64,000 nucleotides of DNA from an uncultured Tissierellaceae bacterium (GCA_964428475.1 CAYRYO010000001.1:16702-80701); one strand, 5' to 3'; counted from the first letter of the stretch, positions 30,759 through 40,550 are shown. Numbers and translations: made by a program. Notes: generated by a model not told the origin, from the sequence alone.

Positions 30759-32082
30759 AACCAAATATTCTTTCAATAAATGTTTTGTTTTCTTGATTTA
30801 AATGATTTTCCAATTTATTTATCTTATTTTCTAAAATTTTTTGATGTTCAAGTATATCTTCTAAATAAGATTTAACATAGGGATGATATGAGATTATATT
30901 TTTGATATTTGAATCTATGCTATTTATATAATTTAATATATCTTTATCTATTTTTGTATCATCCTTTAATTCTTTAGGTGTATTCTTTTGTTCGATGATA
31001 ATAGATTCTTCTTTGTGATTTTCATCAATAACACTAGTTACTGTACGGTTTACTCTTAGCTTATAATCAATATTTAAATATAAAACATCTAATTTGGGAT
31101 GTAAATTTATATATCCATAAATTATTTTATATTTAGAGTAATCACTATTACAAATTATTTTAGATAGCTTAGAATCTTTATTTAATGTTGTTTTAACATT
31201 TTCCTTTATCCAGGTTTCTCCATAGTCCTTAGAAAGCAATAAATATAAATTATTATTAAATGTATAAATATATTTTAAATTACCTTTTTCTTCAAATAAA
31301 ATAGGATTAGAATCTAGGTCTAATGAAGATATCTTTGGTAGATTCATTTTTCTCCATATATAGTTTTGTTTTCCTCTAGATTCCATCTTATGATAATTTA
31401 GACTTAAATTATCATCTTTTTTTTCAATCCAAGTAAGATGTATAGTATCATTGCTATCTATAAAGATATTTGGAGATATTGAACTTACATTGTCCTCAGA
31501 TATTTTTTGGTTTTTATAACTCCATTTGCTTGAAAAAGGGCTGTAAAATCCATAGTGTATTTGTAGATTTTGTATATTACTTTGGTATATAAGATGAATA
31601 TTACCTATACTATCTATATCAAAAACAAATGGCTCAGGATATCTTTTTGATAGATATCTAATAGCATTATACATTTTTTTTATTCCATCGTTATAAATTA
31701 TATGTTGTATGGTCCATACATTTGAATTAATCAAATTAGAATAATTATATAATATATGAATATCATTTTGGATTGCTGATATTTCTAATTGACTGTACAA
31801 GTTCGAATGAAGGTCAAATTTAGTAATTTTCTGAGGACTCCAAATTTCTTCAACATACTTGTAGCATATTAAATCACCTGAATCATTTAATACTACTAAA
31901 TATAGAGTATCATTAGAGTCTATTGTAGCAGAATACATAATTATTTTTTCCTTTTCTAAAATTTTAGATTCTATAAGAACTGAAGATTTATATATGAAAT
32001 ATGTCAGTTTCCTATCTTTAGATAAATCAAAAACATAGGATTTATTATTTGAAGTCAATACTACACTAATATTATTTTTCAA
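30748..32082 (-). CDS. Hypothetical protein: beta-propeller-like repeats with one Asp-box (SKDYGETW) plus a C-terminal coiled coil
   Basis: Only long minus-strand ORF in this area. Recurring blade-like motifs (TLYLVVLND, DIHILYNYS, GNIHLIYQS, DTIHLTWIE, LYLLLSKDYGETW). No signal peptide. GAGGTG RBS precedes the TTG at 32082 (the ORF extends to a GTG at 32091). Confidence 0.6.
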   Translation of the reverse strand: MKNNISVVLTSNNKSYVFDLSKDRKLTYFIYKSSVLIESKILEKEKIIMYSATIDSNDTLYLVVLNDSGDLICYKYVEEIWSPQKITKFDLHSNLYSQLEISAIQNDIHILYNYSNLINSNVWTIQHIIYNDGIKKMYNAIRYLSKRYPEPFVFDIDSIGNIHLIYQSNIQNLQIHYGFYSPFSSKWSYKNQKISEDNVSSISPNIFIDSNDTIHLTWIEKKDDNLSLNYHKMESRGKQNYIWRKMNLPKISSLDLDSNPILFEEKGNLKYIYTFNNNLYLLLSKDYGETWIKENVKTTLNKDSKLSKIICNSDYSKYKIIYGYINLHPKLDVLYLNIDYKLRVNRTVTSVIDENHKEESIIIEQKNTPKELKDDTKIDKDILNYINSIDSNIKNIISYHPYVKSYLEDILEHQKILENKINKLENHLNQENKTFIERIFGFSK

Positions 32083-32178
32083 TATTCTCACCTCAAGAAT
32101 TATTTAGTAGCAAATTAATACATATATACATACTATGATAGTGAACATCAATTTATTAAAATTAAGGAGGATTTTTAT

Positions 32179-32790
32179 ATGGAAGAAAATAAGAAAATTG
32201 AATTGAAACAAGAAATGATGAGATGTTTTGATACTGATTGTATTATCGCTGACAAAGTATTCGCAAGTTGTCAACAAAGAGAATGTTTTCCCGAGGTAAT
32301 AGGAGACTTAGGGGACAATGATTTTGGAAGAATAAGATTTAGACCTGGATTTATAGTTCCAAATACTTTAGTTGTTACAGATACTGATGAAGAAAATTTT
32401 AGAAGGGTAAGATTTACACTTAGAATTCCTTTTCAAGTATTAGATTCAGATGGTGACATAGTAGGTGAGGATGTCTTACCTGATATATTTAAAGACATAA
32501 TTATATTTTTACCTGATGCAAGAGACGAATTTGAATTTAGAATAGTAGTAGAAACTAAATCAGAAGTATTGGCGCCTCCAATAGTGAGTGATGGAACAGT
32601 AGTATTTACTGCGGGAGTATATATCATAGTAAAGGTAGTAGGCACAGTACAACTACTAATCCCAGTATTCGGATATTGCCCAACTCCACCACCATGTGAC
32701 GAATTTAGTCCAGAGGCTATATGTGAAGATTTTGATGAAACAGAATTTCCAGATTTTTTCCCACCACAAATGGGAGATATCCTACGTTAA
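32179..32790 (+). CDS. Hypothetical Cys-rich, highly acidic protein
   Basis: 203 aa after an AAGGAGG RBS. N-terminal CFDTDCIIADKVFASCQQRECF and C-terminal GYCPTPPPCDEFSPEAICEDFDETEF cysteine clusters flank a beta-rich core. No family recognised. Confidence 0.6.
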   Translation: MEENKKIELKQEMMRCFDTDCIIADKVFASCQQRECFPEVIGDLGDNDFGRIRFRPGFIVPNTLVVTDTDEENFRRVRFTLRIPFQVLDSDGDIVGEDVLPDIFKDIIIFLPDARDEFEFRIVVETKSEVLAPPIVSDGTVVFTAGVYIIVKVVGTVQLLIPVFGYCPTPPPCDEFSPEAICEDFDETEFPDFFPPQMGDILR

Positions 32791-32812
32791 TAAAACTCAA
32801 TAAAAAATATTC

Positions 32813-32846
32813 AAAAACTACTAGCTCAGGTTGGTAGTTTTTTATT
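32813..32846 (+). terminator. Rho-independent terminator
   Basis: AAAAACTAC (32813-32821) pairs with GTAGTTTTT (32834-32842), followed by a T-run. Confidence 0.65.
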
Positions 32847-32857
32847 TTAAACTAATC

Positions 32858-32886
32858 TTGACAAACTTACTAGGGTATAATATAAT
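32858..32886 (+). promoter_or_regulatory. Consensus sigma-A promoter of iscR-nifS-nifU
   Basis: TTGACA (32858-32863), 17-nt spacer, TATAAT (32881-32886). Confidence 0.6.
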
Positions 32887-32935
32887 TGATTTTAGAATAC
32901 CAACCAAAAAGGTTGGGATTGAGAGAGGTGATTTG

Positions 32936-33361
32936 ATGAAACTATCAACAAAGGGTAGGTACGGGTTAAAGGCTATGTTTCAATTAGCGTTAATTCAAGA
33001 TGAGGGACCGGTTCCCCTTAAACAAATTGCTGAAAAACAAAATTTATCTGAAAATTACTTAGAGCAATTATTTTCAACCCTCAGAAAAGATGGACTTTTA
33101 AATAGTGTAAGGGGTGCTCAAGGTGGGTATTTATTAGCTAGGGCGCCAGAAGATATAACGGTAGGGAACATATTAAGATCACTTGAAGGGGAATTATCTC
33201 CCTCGGATTGCATAATAGCTGGAGTAAGTGAATGTGAAAGAGAAACTATATGTGTAACTAAAAATGTTTGGATAAAGATAAAAGACAGTATAGATGATGT
33301 GGTAGACTCTATTACATTAAAAGACATGATAGAAGATGACAAAAAACTTAAAGAAAATTAA
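32936..33361 (+). CDS. iscR: Rrf2 family transcriptional regulator (IscR/CymR-like)
   Basis: MKLSTKGRYGLKAM N-terminus and winged HTH. Cys residues in the C-terminal part (CIIAGVSECERETIC). Precedes nifS-nifU. Confidence 0.85.
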   Translation: MKLSTKGRYGLKAMFQLALIQDEGPVPLKQIAEKQNLSENYLEQLFSTLRKDGLLNSVRGAQGGYLLARAPEDITVGNILRSLEGELSPSDCIIAGVSECERETICVTKNVWIKIKDSIDDVVDSITLKDMIEDDKKLKEN

Positions 33362-33380
33362 TTTGTAGGAGGTAAAATAC

Positions 33381-34559
33381 ATGAAAAAAAGAATATACAT
33401 GGACAATGCAGCAACAACAGCTGTAAAAAAAGAAGTATTAGATGAAATGATGCCATATTTTTCAGAACTATATGGAAATCCATCTTCAATTTATGAATTA
33501 GGTAGAAAATCAAAATCTGCTATAGAAGAGGCTAGACAAAAAATAGCAAAGGCAATAGGAGCAAAGGAAAGAGAAATATTTTTTACAGGCAGTGGTTCTG
33601 AAGCAGATAACTGGGCCATTAAAGGTATAGCATATGCAAATAAAGACAAAGGAAATCATATAATAACTACTAAAATAGAACATCATGCAATTCTTCATAC
33701 ATGTGAATATCTAGAGAAGAATGGATTTGAAGTGACATATTTAGATGTAGATGAATATGGTCTCATTGATTTAGAACAACTTAAAAGTTCTATAAAGGAA
33801 AATACAATATTAGTTTCTATAATGTTTGCAAATAATGAAATAGGAACTATACAACCAATTGAAGAAATAGGAAGTATTGCAAAGAAAAGCGGTATATACT
33901 TTCACACAGATGCAGTTCAAGCAATAGGACATGTTAAAATAGATGTAAACACTATGAATATAGATATGTTATCTATGGCTGCTCATAAATTTTACGGACC
34001 AAAGGGAATAGGTGCATTTTATATTAGACAAGGTACCAAAATAGATTCACTTATTAGTGGTGGAGCGCAAGAGAGAAAGAGAAGAGCTGGAACAGAAAAT
34101 GTACCGTATATAGTAGGAATGGGAAAAGCAATTGAGATTGCATATAAGGACATGGAAAAATCAAATGAGAAACTTACGAGCTTAAGAAATAGTCTGATAG
34201 AAAAGATCAATGCCAATGTACCATATGTAAAATTAAATGGACATCCAGAGAAAAGACTTCCTGGAAATGTAAACTTTTCATTTAGATTTATAGAAGGTGA
34301 ATCGTTATTATTAAGCTTAGATATGGTAGGAATAGCTGCTTCTAGTGGTTCAGCTTGCACGTCAGGAAGCTTGGATCCATCTCATGTAATGCTTTCAATT
34401 GGATTAACTCATGAGGTAGCACATGGTTCACTTAGATTAAGCCTTGGTGATTTTAATACAGAAGAAGAAATAGATTATGTAGTAGAAAATCTTGTAACTA
34501 TAGTAGATAGACTAAGACAAATGTCACCACTATATGAAAATATAAAGGAGGAAAAATAA
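33381..34559 (+). CDS. nifS: Cysteine desulfurase (NifS/IscS type)
   Basis: Class V aminotransferase with HKFYGPKG (PLP lysine) and the active-site loop SSGSACTSG. Confidence 0.93.
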   Translation: MKKRIYMDNAATTAVKKEVLDEMMPYFSELYGNPSSIYELGRKSKSAIEEARQKIAKAIGAKEREIFFTGSGSEADNWAIKGIAYANKDKGNHIITTKIEHHAILHTCEYLEKNGFEVTYLDVDEYGLIDLEQLKSSIKENTILVSIMFANNEIGTIQPIEEIGSIAKKSGIYFHTDAVQAIGHVKIDVNTMNIDMLSMAAHKFYGPKGIGAFYIRQGTKIDSLISGGAQERKRRAGTENVPYIVGMGKAIEIAYKDMEKSNEKLTSLRNSLIEKINANVPYVKLNGHPEKRLPGNVNFSFRFIEGESLLLSLDMVGIAASSGSACTSGSLDPSHVMLSIGLTHEVAHGSLRLSLGDFNTEEEIDYVVENLVTIVDRLRQMSPLYENIKEEK

Positions 34560-34994
34560 ATGTATTCAGAAAAAGTGATGGAACATTTTCAAAACCCGAG
34601 AAATGTAGGAGAAATACTTGATGCAGATGGCGTAGGTGAAGTGGGAAATGCAAGATGTGGCGATATAATGAAAATGTATCTTAAAATAGAAGATAATATC
34701 ATAAAAGATGTTAAGTTTAAAACATTTGGATGTGGATCTGCCATAGCTTCATCTAGCATGGCAACAGAGTTAATTAAAGGTAAGACTATAGATGAAGTAA
34801 TGAAACTCACAAATAGATCAGTAGTTGAAGCATTAGATGGACTACCTCCAGTAAAAGTTCACTGCTCAGTATTAGCCGAACAAGCTATCAAATCAGCACT
34901 TCTTGATTACTCAAAAAAGACTGGAATTCATATAAACGGCTTAGAAGATGTAGACTTTGATGACGACGGACATCATGATTTAGAAACTTTATAA
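34560..34994 (+). CDS. nifU: Fe-S cluster assembly scaffold NifU/IscU
   Basis: GNARCGD, FKTFGCGSAIASS and HCSVLA, the three conserved scaffold cysteine motifs. Confidence 0.93.
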   Translation: MYSEKVMEHFQNPRNVGEILDADGVGEVGNARCGDIMKMYLKIEDNIIKDVKFKTFGCGSAIASSSMATELIKGKTIDEVMKLTNRSVVEALDGLPPVKVHCSVLAEQAIKSALLDYSKKTGIHINGLEDVDFDDDGHHDLETL

Positions 34995-35138
34995 ATTTAA
35001 AAATTCAAATATATTCTACATTTAGAATAATGTTCTAGGTTTAAAATTTTCTTTTGGAGACAGTATATATTGTATAGAGAAAAGAAATTTAATATTAAAA
35101 TTTTCTTCTTTAAATATAATATGAAAGAGGAGATAATC

Positions 35139-35291
35139 ATGAATAAAAAACTTTGGGGAACAGTACTTGGTATATCTATGGGCTTGATGCTAGGATCAAA
35201 GATGAATTCTTCTAATAGGAAAAAGATGATGAGAAAAACAAAAAAAGTAACTTCTAATATGATGGATGGAATACAAGATTTGTGGGATTAG
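35139..35291 (+). CDS. Small hypothetical membrane-anchored, Lys/Met-rich protein (50 aa)
   Basis: AGAGGAG RBS 7 nt before the ATG at 35139. One hydrophobic helix (LWGTVLGISMGLMLG) then a basic tail. Coding status uncertain. Confidence 0.4.
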   Translation: MNKKLWGTVLGISMGLMLGSKMNSSNRKKMMRKTKKVTSNMMDGIQDLWD

Positions 35292-35340
35292 GTGGCTTTT
35301 GCTACCTTTCCACTAATAATAATGGAATAGGGGTGATATA

Positions 35341-36525
35341 ATGATCCCAAAAGCAATTTTAAATATTATCATTACTACATTGATATTAGTTTTAATCCTA
35401 CTCATAATTTATTATTTAATAAATATTGGAAATACATTTATATCAGATAATAAAAAAATAAATATTAAAAACAAAAGAATCCTAATATTTTTGCTAGGAT
35501 TATTGTGCTTTTTTGTTTTATATCATTTTTTAAAAAAACATTCTATAATATCAGATACATTTTATACTATTATTTTCTCTGCAATATTAGCATATTTATT
35601 TAATCCTCTTATTGATTATTTAGAGAAAAAGAATATTAAAAGAATTCATGGAGTTTTAATATTATATATATCTATATTATTAATAATTCTTATATTTGCA
35701 TTTTTAGTAATTCCAAGATCTGTGAGAGAATTAAAAAGACTCGCAATTGATATGCCTAGATATATTGAAGATATATCTGGAATGATAGATTATCTCTACG
35801 ATAAATACTATTCAACGATAGGAGAATTACCTGTTATATTTCAAGGAGTGCAACAAATTGTCATGGAAAATATTATAGGAATAGAGAATATGATAGTGAA
35901 TGGGCTAAAAAACTTCTTCTCAGTAATAATAAATGCATTTTCAAAGGTAGTTTCTTTGATTCTTACTCCAATACTCACATTATATTTTTTAGTAGATAAA
36001 GACTATTTTACAAGGAAAATGGTAGCTCTAATTCCTAAGAATCATAAAGATAAAAGTCTTGAATTAATTAGAGAGATAGATATTTCTTTATCACAGTTTG
36101 TAAAAGGGAAACTTATATTAGCAGCTTGTGTAGGAATTGGAACTTCCATAATGCTTCGTATAATAGGTATTGACTTTGCTATATCTATAGGATTTTTGAC
36201 TGGAATTGCAGATGTTATACCATATGTTGGACCACTTATAGGATTTATACCAGCATTCTTCTTTGCACTTTTTAGTAATCCCATAAAAGCAATATGGGTA
36301 TCTATATTTTTTATTTTAATACAATGGGTAGTAAATAATATATTAGCTCCAAAGATAATAGGTGATTCTACAGGAATACATCCAGTAGTGATTTTATTAT
36401 CTATTATAATTGGCGGAGGAGTATTTGGAGTATTAGGTATGATATTAGCCATACCAGTAGTATCAATTTTTGTTATATTATTTAGATTTATAAAAGATGA
36501 ATGTATAGAGCTTAAAAATATATGA
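35341..36525 (+). CDS. AI-2E family transporter (PerM/YtvI-like permease)
   Basis: 394 aa, about eight TM helices, conserved IPYVGP and ILAPKIIGDS motifs. Confidence 0.85.
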   Translation: MIPKAILNIIITTLILVLILLIIYYLINIGNTFISDNKKINIKNKRILIFLLGLLCFFVLYHFLKKHSIISDTFYTIIFSAILAYLFNPLIDYLEKKNIKRIHGVLILYISILLIILIFAFLVIPRSVRELKRLAIDMPRYIEDISGMIDYLYDKYYSTIGELPVIFQGVQQIVMENIIGIENMIVNGLKNFFSVIINAFSKVVSLILTPILTLYFLVDKDYFTRKMVALIPKNHKDKSLELIREIDISLSQFVKGKLILAACVGIGTSIMLRIIGIDFAISIGFLTGIADVIPYVGPLIGFIPAFFFALFSNPIKAIWVSIFFILIQWVVNNILAPKIIGDSTGIHPVVILLSIIIGGGVFGVLGMILAIPVVSIFVILFRFIKDECIELKNI

Positions 36526-36646
36526 TACACCCTTTATTGACAAGCTATCAATATTTATAATATAATTCAGATATATAATGAAGAGTATTTTATTCTCTAT
36601 ATTTAGAGATATGATATAAAGGAAAAATCAAAAAGAGGTGTATAAT

Positions 36647-39283
36647 ATGAAAAAGATTGGATTACATGAAATAAGAAAGGAATATATTGATTTTTTTGAA
36701 AAGAAAAGTCATTTAGTTGCTCCTAGTTTTTCTTTGGTACCTAAAAACGATAAATCACTATTATTAATTGGGGCAGGTATGGCGCCACTTAAAAAATACT
36801 TTACTGGCGAGGCAACTCCTCCAAGCAATAGAATGGTAACTTGCCAAAAATGTATTAGAACGGGCGATATTGAAAATGTAGGTAAAACAGCAAGGCATGC
36901 GACATTTTTTGAAATGCTTGGGAATTTTTCTTTTGGAGATTACTTTAAAAGAGAAGCTACTGCGTGGGCATGGGAATTTTTAACTAAAAACTTAGAATTA
37001 GATGAAAAAGACTTATGGGTCACTATATATTTAGAAGATGATGAAGCCTTTGACATATGGAATAAAGAAGTAGGAGTTCCAAAGGATAGGATAGTTAGAC
37101 TTGGAAAGGCAGATAATTTCTGGGAATTAGAAGTAGGACCTTCTGGACCATGTTCGGAAATATATGTAGATAGAGGAATAGAACACGGATGTGGATGTGA
37201 AGACTGCAAGCCTGGATGTGAATGTGATAGATTTATAGAAATATGGAATTTAGTATTTACGCAATATGATAAAGATGAACATGGAGTATACAACTCTCTC
37301 TCAAATCCAAACATAGACACAGGTATGGGACTTGAGAGAATGGCTGCCGTAATGGAAGGTGCTGAAACTATATTCGATGTAGCTGCAATAAAAGATATAG
37401 TAAAAAAAGTAGAAGAAATAGCAGGAGTAGAATATAAAAGTAAAAAAGAAAAAGACGTATCTATTAGAATAATCACAGATCATGCTAGAGCTATGACTTT
37501 TTTAGTATCAGATGGAGTACTGCCTAGCAATGAAGGTAGAGGGTATATACTTAGAAGGCTTATCCGTAGGGCTGCTAGACATGGCAAACTAATAGGAATA
37601 GAAGGAAGCTTTTTAAGTAAAGTGGTAGAGGAAGTAATTGACTCCTGGAAAGTAGAATATAGCGAATTAGAAAACAGAAGAGAAATCATCGAAAGAGTAA
37701 TAAAAGCTGAAGAAGATAAATTTCAAGAGACCATACATCAAGGAATAATGATACTTGAAAACTATATAGATGATATGAATTCCAAAAAAGAAACTATATT
37801 ATCAGGAGAAAATGCATTTAAATTATACGATACTTATGGATTTCCTTTAGATCTAACAAAGGAAATATTAGAGGAAAGATTCTTAAAAGTTGATGAAATG
37901 AAATTCAATGAATATATGGAAGAACAAAAAACAAGGGCTAGAAATGCTAGAAATGAAAATAGTGGATGGAGTTCACAAAATGAAAAAAATTTATTTGAAG
38001 AGTTAGATACTGTTTTCAAGGGATATGAAGCTACAAATCTTGTATCAAAAATAACTGGGTTATTTATAGATAACAATCCTGTTCAGAAAATGTCTAAAGA
38101 CCAAGAAGGAATTTTAACATTAAGTGAAACTCCTTTTTATGGAGAATCTGGAGGACAAGTAGGAGATAGAGGAGAAATCGAAGGAGAAACGTTTAAAATA
38201 CAAGTATTAGATACGAAAAAAACAAAAGAAAATCATATAATTCACATAGTAAAAATACTGGAAGGTGAAGTTAGTCTAGAAGATAAAGCGCTATGTAAAA
38301 TAAATGTGGAAAGAAGAAATGCTATCGGAAGAAATCACTCAGCAACACATCTTCTTCATAGGGCTTTAAAAGATGTACTAGGTGAACATGTAAATCAAGC
38401 AGGTTCTGTAGTAGATGAAGATAGGCTTAGATTTGACTTTACGCATTTTGAATCTGTAACAGATATTGAATTAAAAGAAATAGAAAAGATAGTTAATGAA
38501 AAAATATTATGTTCTATCAATGTGCTGACTCTTGAGACAAGTTTAATTGAAGCTCAAAAGATGGGAGTCGTAGGACTATTTGAAGATAAATATAGTGATA
38601 ATGTGAGGATTTTAACAATGGGAGAATACTCTAGAGAATTATGTGGAGGAACTCATGTAGATAATACAAGCAATATAGGTTTGTTTAAAATATTATCTGA
38701 ATCCAGTATAGCATCAGGAGTTAGAAGAATCGAAGCTATAACAGGTATGAAGGTTTATGAGTATATAAATCAAATGGAAGATAATATATATGAAATTGCT
38801 AATTTATTTAAATCAGATAAAAACAATATAATTGAAAAAGCCAATTTACTGATTATTGGTTTAAAAGAAAAAGAAAAAGAAATAGAAAAACTAAAATCAA
38901 AAATGGCATCATCTGTTGCCGATGATGTTATAAAATCAAAACAAGAAGAAAATGGAATTTCATATATAGCATATAAAGCAGAAAATATGGATATGAATGC
39001 TTTAAGAAATTTGGGAGATGAAATTAAAAATAGGTTAGAAGATGGGGTTATAGTGCTTGGAAGTGAGCGCGATGGAAAAGTCTTCTTTGTATCTATGGTA
39101 TCTGAATATGCCAAGAAAAAGGGAATCCATGCTGGGAATATAGTGAGAGAAGTATCAAAAATAACAGGAGGATCAGGTGGTGGAAGACCTGATATGGCTC
39201 AAGCAGGAGGAAAAGATCCTTCTAATATAGATAAAGCACTTGATACAGTTCCAAGCTTGATAAAGGAACAGTTAAAACAATAG
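36647..39283 (+). CDS. alaS: Alanine--tRNA ligase
   Basis: Class II AlaRS with FTNAGM-like region (LLLIGAGMAPLK), editing-domain HSATHLLH and CGGTH motifs, and a C-terminal DHHA1 domain (GGGRPDMAQAGG). Confidence 0.97.
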   Translation: MKKIGLHEIRKEYIDFFEKKSHLVAPSFSLVPKNDKSLLLIGAGMAPLKKYFTGEATPPSNRMVTCQKCIRTGDIENVGKTARHATFFEMLGNFSFGDYFKREATAWAWEFLTKNLELDEKDLWVTIYLEDDEAFDIWNKEVGVPKDRIVRLGKADNFWELEVGPSGPCSEIYVDRGIEHGCGCEDCKPGCECDRFIEIWNLVFTQYDKDEHGVYNSLSNPNIDTGMGLERMAAVMEGAETIFDVAAIKDIVKKVEEIAGVEYKSKKEKDVSIRIITDHARAMTFLVSDGVLPSNEGRGYILRRLIRRAARHGKLIGIEGSFLSKVVEEVIDSWKVEYSELENRREIIERVIKAEEDKFQETIHQGIMILENYIDDMNSKKETILSGENAFKLYDTYGFPLDLTKEILEERFLKVDEMKFNEYMEEQKTRARNARNENSGWSSQNEKNLFEELDTVFKGYEATNLVSKITGLFIDNNPVQKMSKDQEGILTLSETPFYGESGGQVGDRGEIEGETFKIQVLDTKKTKENHIIHIVKILEGEVSLEDKALCKINVERRNAIGRNHSATHLLHRALKDVLGEHVNQAGSVVDEDRLRFDFTHFESVTDIELKEIEKIVNEKILCSINVLTLETSLIEAQKMGVVGLFEDKYSDNVRILTMGEYSRELCGGTHVDNTSNIGLFKILSESSIASGVRRIEAITGMKVYEYINQMEDNIYEIANLFKSDKNNIIEKANLLIIGLKEKEKEIEKLKSKMASSVADDVIKSKQEENGISYIAYKAENMDMNALRNLGDEIKNRLEDGVIVLGSERDGKVFFVSMVSEYAKKKGIHAGNIVREVSKITGGSGGGRPDMAQAGGKDPSNIDKALDTVPSLIKEQLKQ

Positions 39284-39304
39284 CATTACAAATGTGATAT
39301 AGGG

Positions 39305-39592
39305 GTGATTTTTATTAACGATCAATTTAATGAAACTATGAAATTTGAAGTACCTAAAGATAATGTAAGTTCTGTAAATGAAATAATATTTTCAGCTTTT
39401 TCATCTTTAGAAGAAAAAGGATACAATGCAATAAATCAAATAATTGGATATATATTATCTGGAGATCCTAGCTATATAACTAGCCACAATGATGCAAGAA
39501 CTTTGATATGCAATGTAGAGAGAGATGAACTGTTAGAAGAACTACTAGATTTTTATTTAAAAAATAATAAAAATCAAAATACTGAGGAATAA
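39305..39592 (+). CDS. ireB: IreB family regulatory phosphoprotein (UPF0297/YrzL)
   Basis: ETMKF...EKGYNAINQIIGYILSGDPSYITSHNDARTLI..ERDELLEELL closely follows the UPF0297 pattern. The exact start codon is uncertain. Confidence 0.8.
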   Translation: MIFINDQFNETMKFEVPKDNVSSVNEIIFSAFSSLEEKGYNAINQIIGYILSGDPSYITSHNDARTLICNVERDELLEELLDFYLKNNKNQNTEE

Positions 39593-39602
39593 GGTGGAAT
39601 AG

Positions 39603-40550
39603 TTGCAAAATATAAAATTAGGTAATAGTAATATAGAAGTATCTAGACTTTGTTTTGGATCTCTTACTATGACTCCGTTCCAAGCAAATTTAACAGTAAA
39701 AGAAGGAGCTTATTTAATAGAATATGCATATGATAAAGGAATAAATTTCATAGATACTGCTGAAATATATGAGAATTATAATTATATAAAAAGGGCATTA
39801 AAGGGTATAAGTAGAAAGGATTTTGTTATAGCGACAAAATCCTATGCCTATACTGAAGAAATGGCAAAAGAAAGCTTAGATTTGGCACTGAGGGAACTAG
39901 ATACAGACTATATAGATATATTTCTTTTGCATGAACAAGAAAGTATACATACTGTAAGAGGACATTTTGATGCTATAGAGTATTTTTTAAAACAAAAAGA
40001 AAAAGGTAAAATAAGAAGTGTTGGAATATCAACCCATAGAATTTCAGGAGCTTTAGCAGCAAAACAAGTAAAAGAAATAGAGATACTTCATCCAATAGTC
40101 AATAAACAAGGTATAGGAATACAAGATGGTAATATTGATGATATGATAGAAATACTAGGTGAAGTAAAGAAACAAGGCAAGGGAATATATGGTATGAAAC
40201 CCTTAGGTGGAGGACATTTAATTAACGACGCAGAGAGTTCGTTTAATTTTGTAAAAAATATAAACTTCGTTGATTCTATTGCAATAGGAATGCAGTCAAC
40301 AGTTGAAATAGATGCCAATATACATCTGCTAGAAAAAGGATATATACCTGAAAAGTTAAAAGATAAACTCAGAAGTAAAAGAAGAAATCTAATAGTAGCA
40401 GATTATTGTATTGGATGCGGTAGGTGTGTAGAAAGATGCAAACAAAATGGAATTGAAGTAATAGACGGGATAGCAATTCCAAATGGAAACTGCATATTAT
40501 GTGGATACTGTGCAAAAGTGTGTCCAGAATTTTGTATTAAAGTAATTTAA
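39603..40550 (+). CDS. Aldo/keto reductase fused to a C-terminal 2x[4Fe-4S] ferredoxin domain
   Basis: AKR motifs (NFIDTAEIY, DIFLLHE) followed by CIGCGRCVERC and CILCGYCAKVCP clusters. TTG start after an AAGGTGG RBS. Confidence 0.85.
   Translation: MQNIKLGNSNIEVSRLCFGSLTMTPFQANLTVKEGAYLIEYAYDKGINFIDTAEIYENYNYIKRALKGISRKDFVIATKSYAYTEEMAKESLDLALRELDTDYIDIFLLHEQESIHTVRGHFDAIEYFLKQKEKGKIRSVGISTHRISGALAAKQVKEIEILHPIVNKQGIGIQDGNIDDMIEILGEVKKQGKGIYGMKPLGGGHLINDAESSFNFVKNINFVDSIAIGMQSTVEIDANIHLLEKGYIPEKLKDKLRSKRRNLIVADYCIGCGRCVERCKQNGIEVIDGIAIPNGNCILCGYCAKVCPEFCIKVI

Noticed and set aside
32092-32178. Explicit sigma-E/sigma-K promoter call in the divergent gap between the two orphan genes
   Set aside because: Only -10-like CATA words are present (CATACTAT on the + strand, CATAGTAT on the - strand). 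No properly spaced -35 element (AC or ATA-type) could be found, so it is mentioned only as a hint within the finding.
32831-32935. N-terminal extension of the Rrf2 regulator ORF
   Set aside because: It would span the consensus TTGACA-17-TATAAT promoter. Rrf2 proteins start MKLSTKGRYG, which is at 32936.
36042-36530. 162-aa ORF antisense to the AI-2E transporter gene
   Set aside because: It is embedded in a well-supported membrane protein gene. It is a typical shadow ORF of AT-rich DNA, with no RBS and no recognisable motif.
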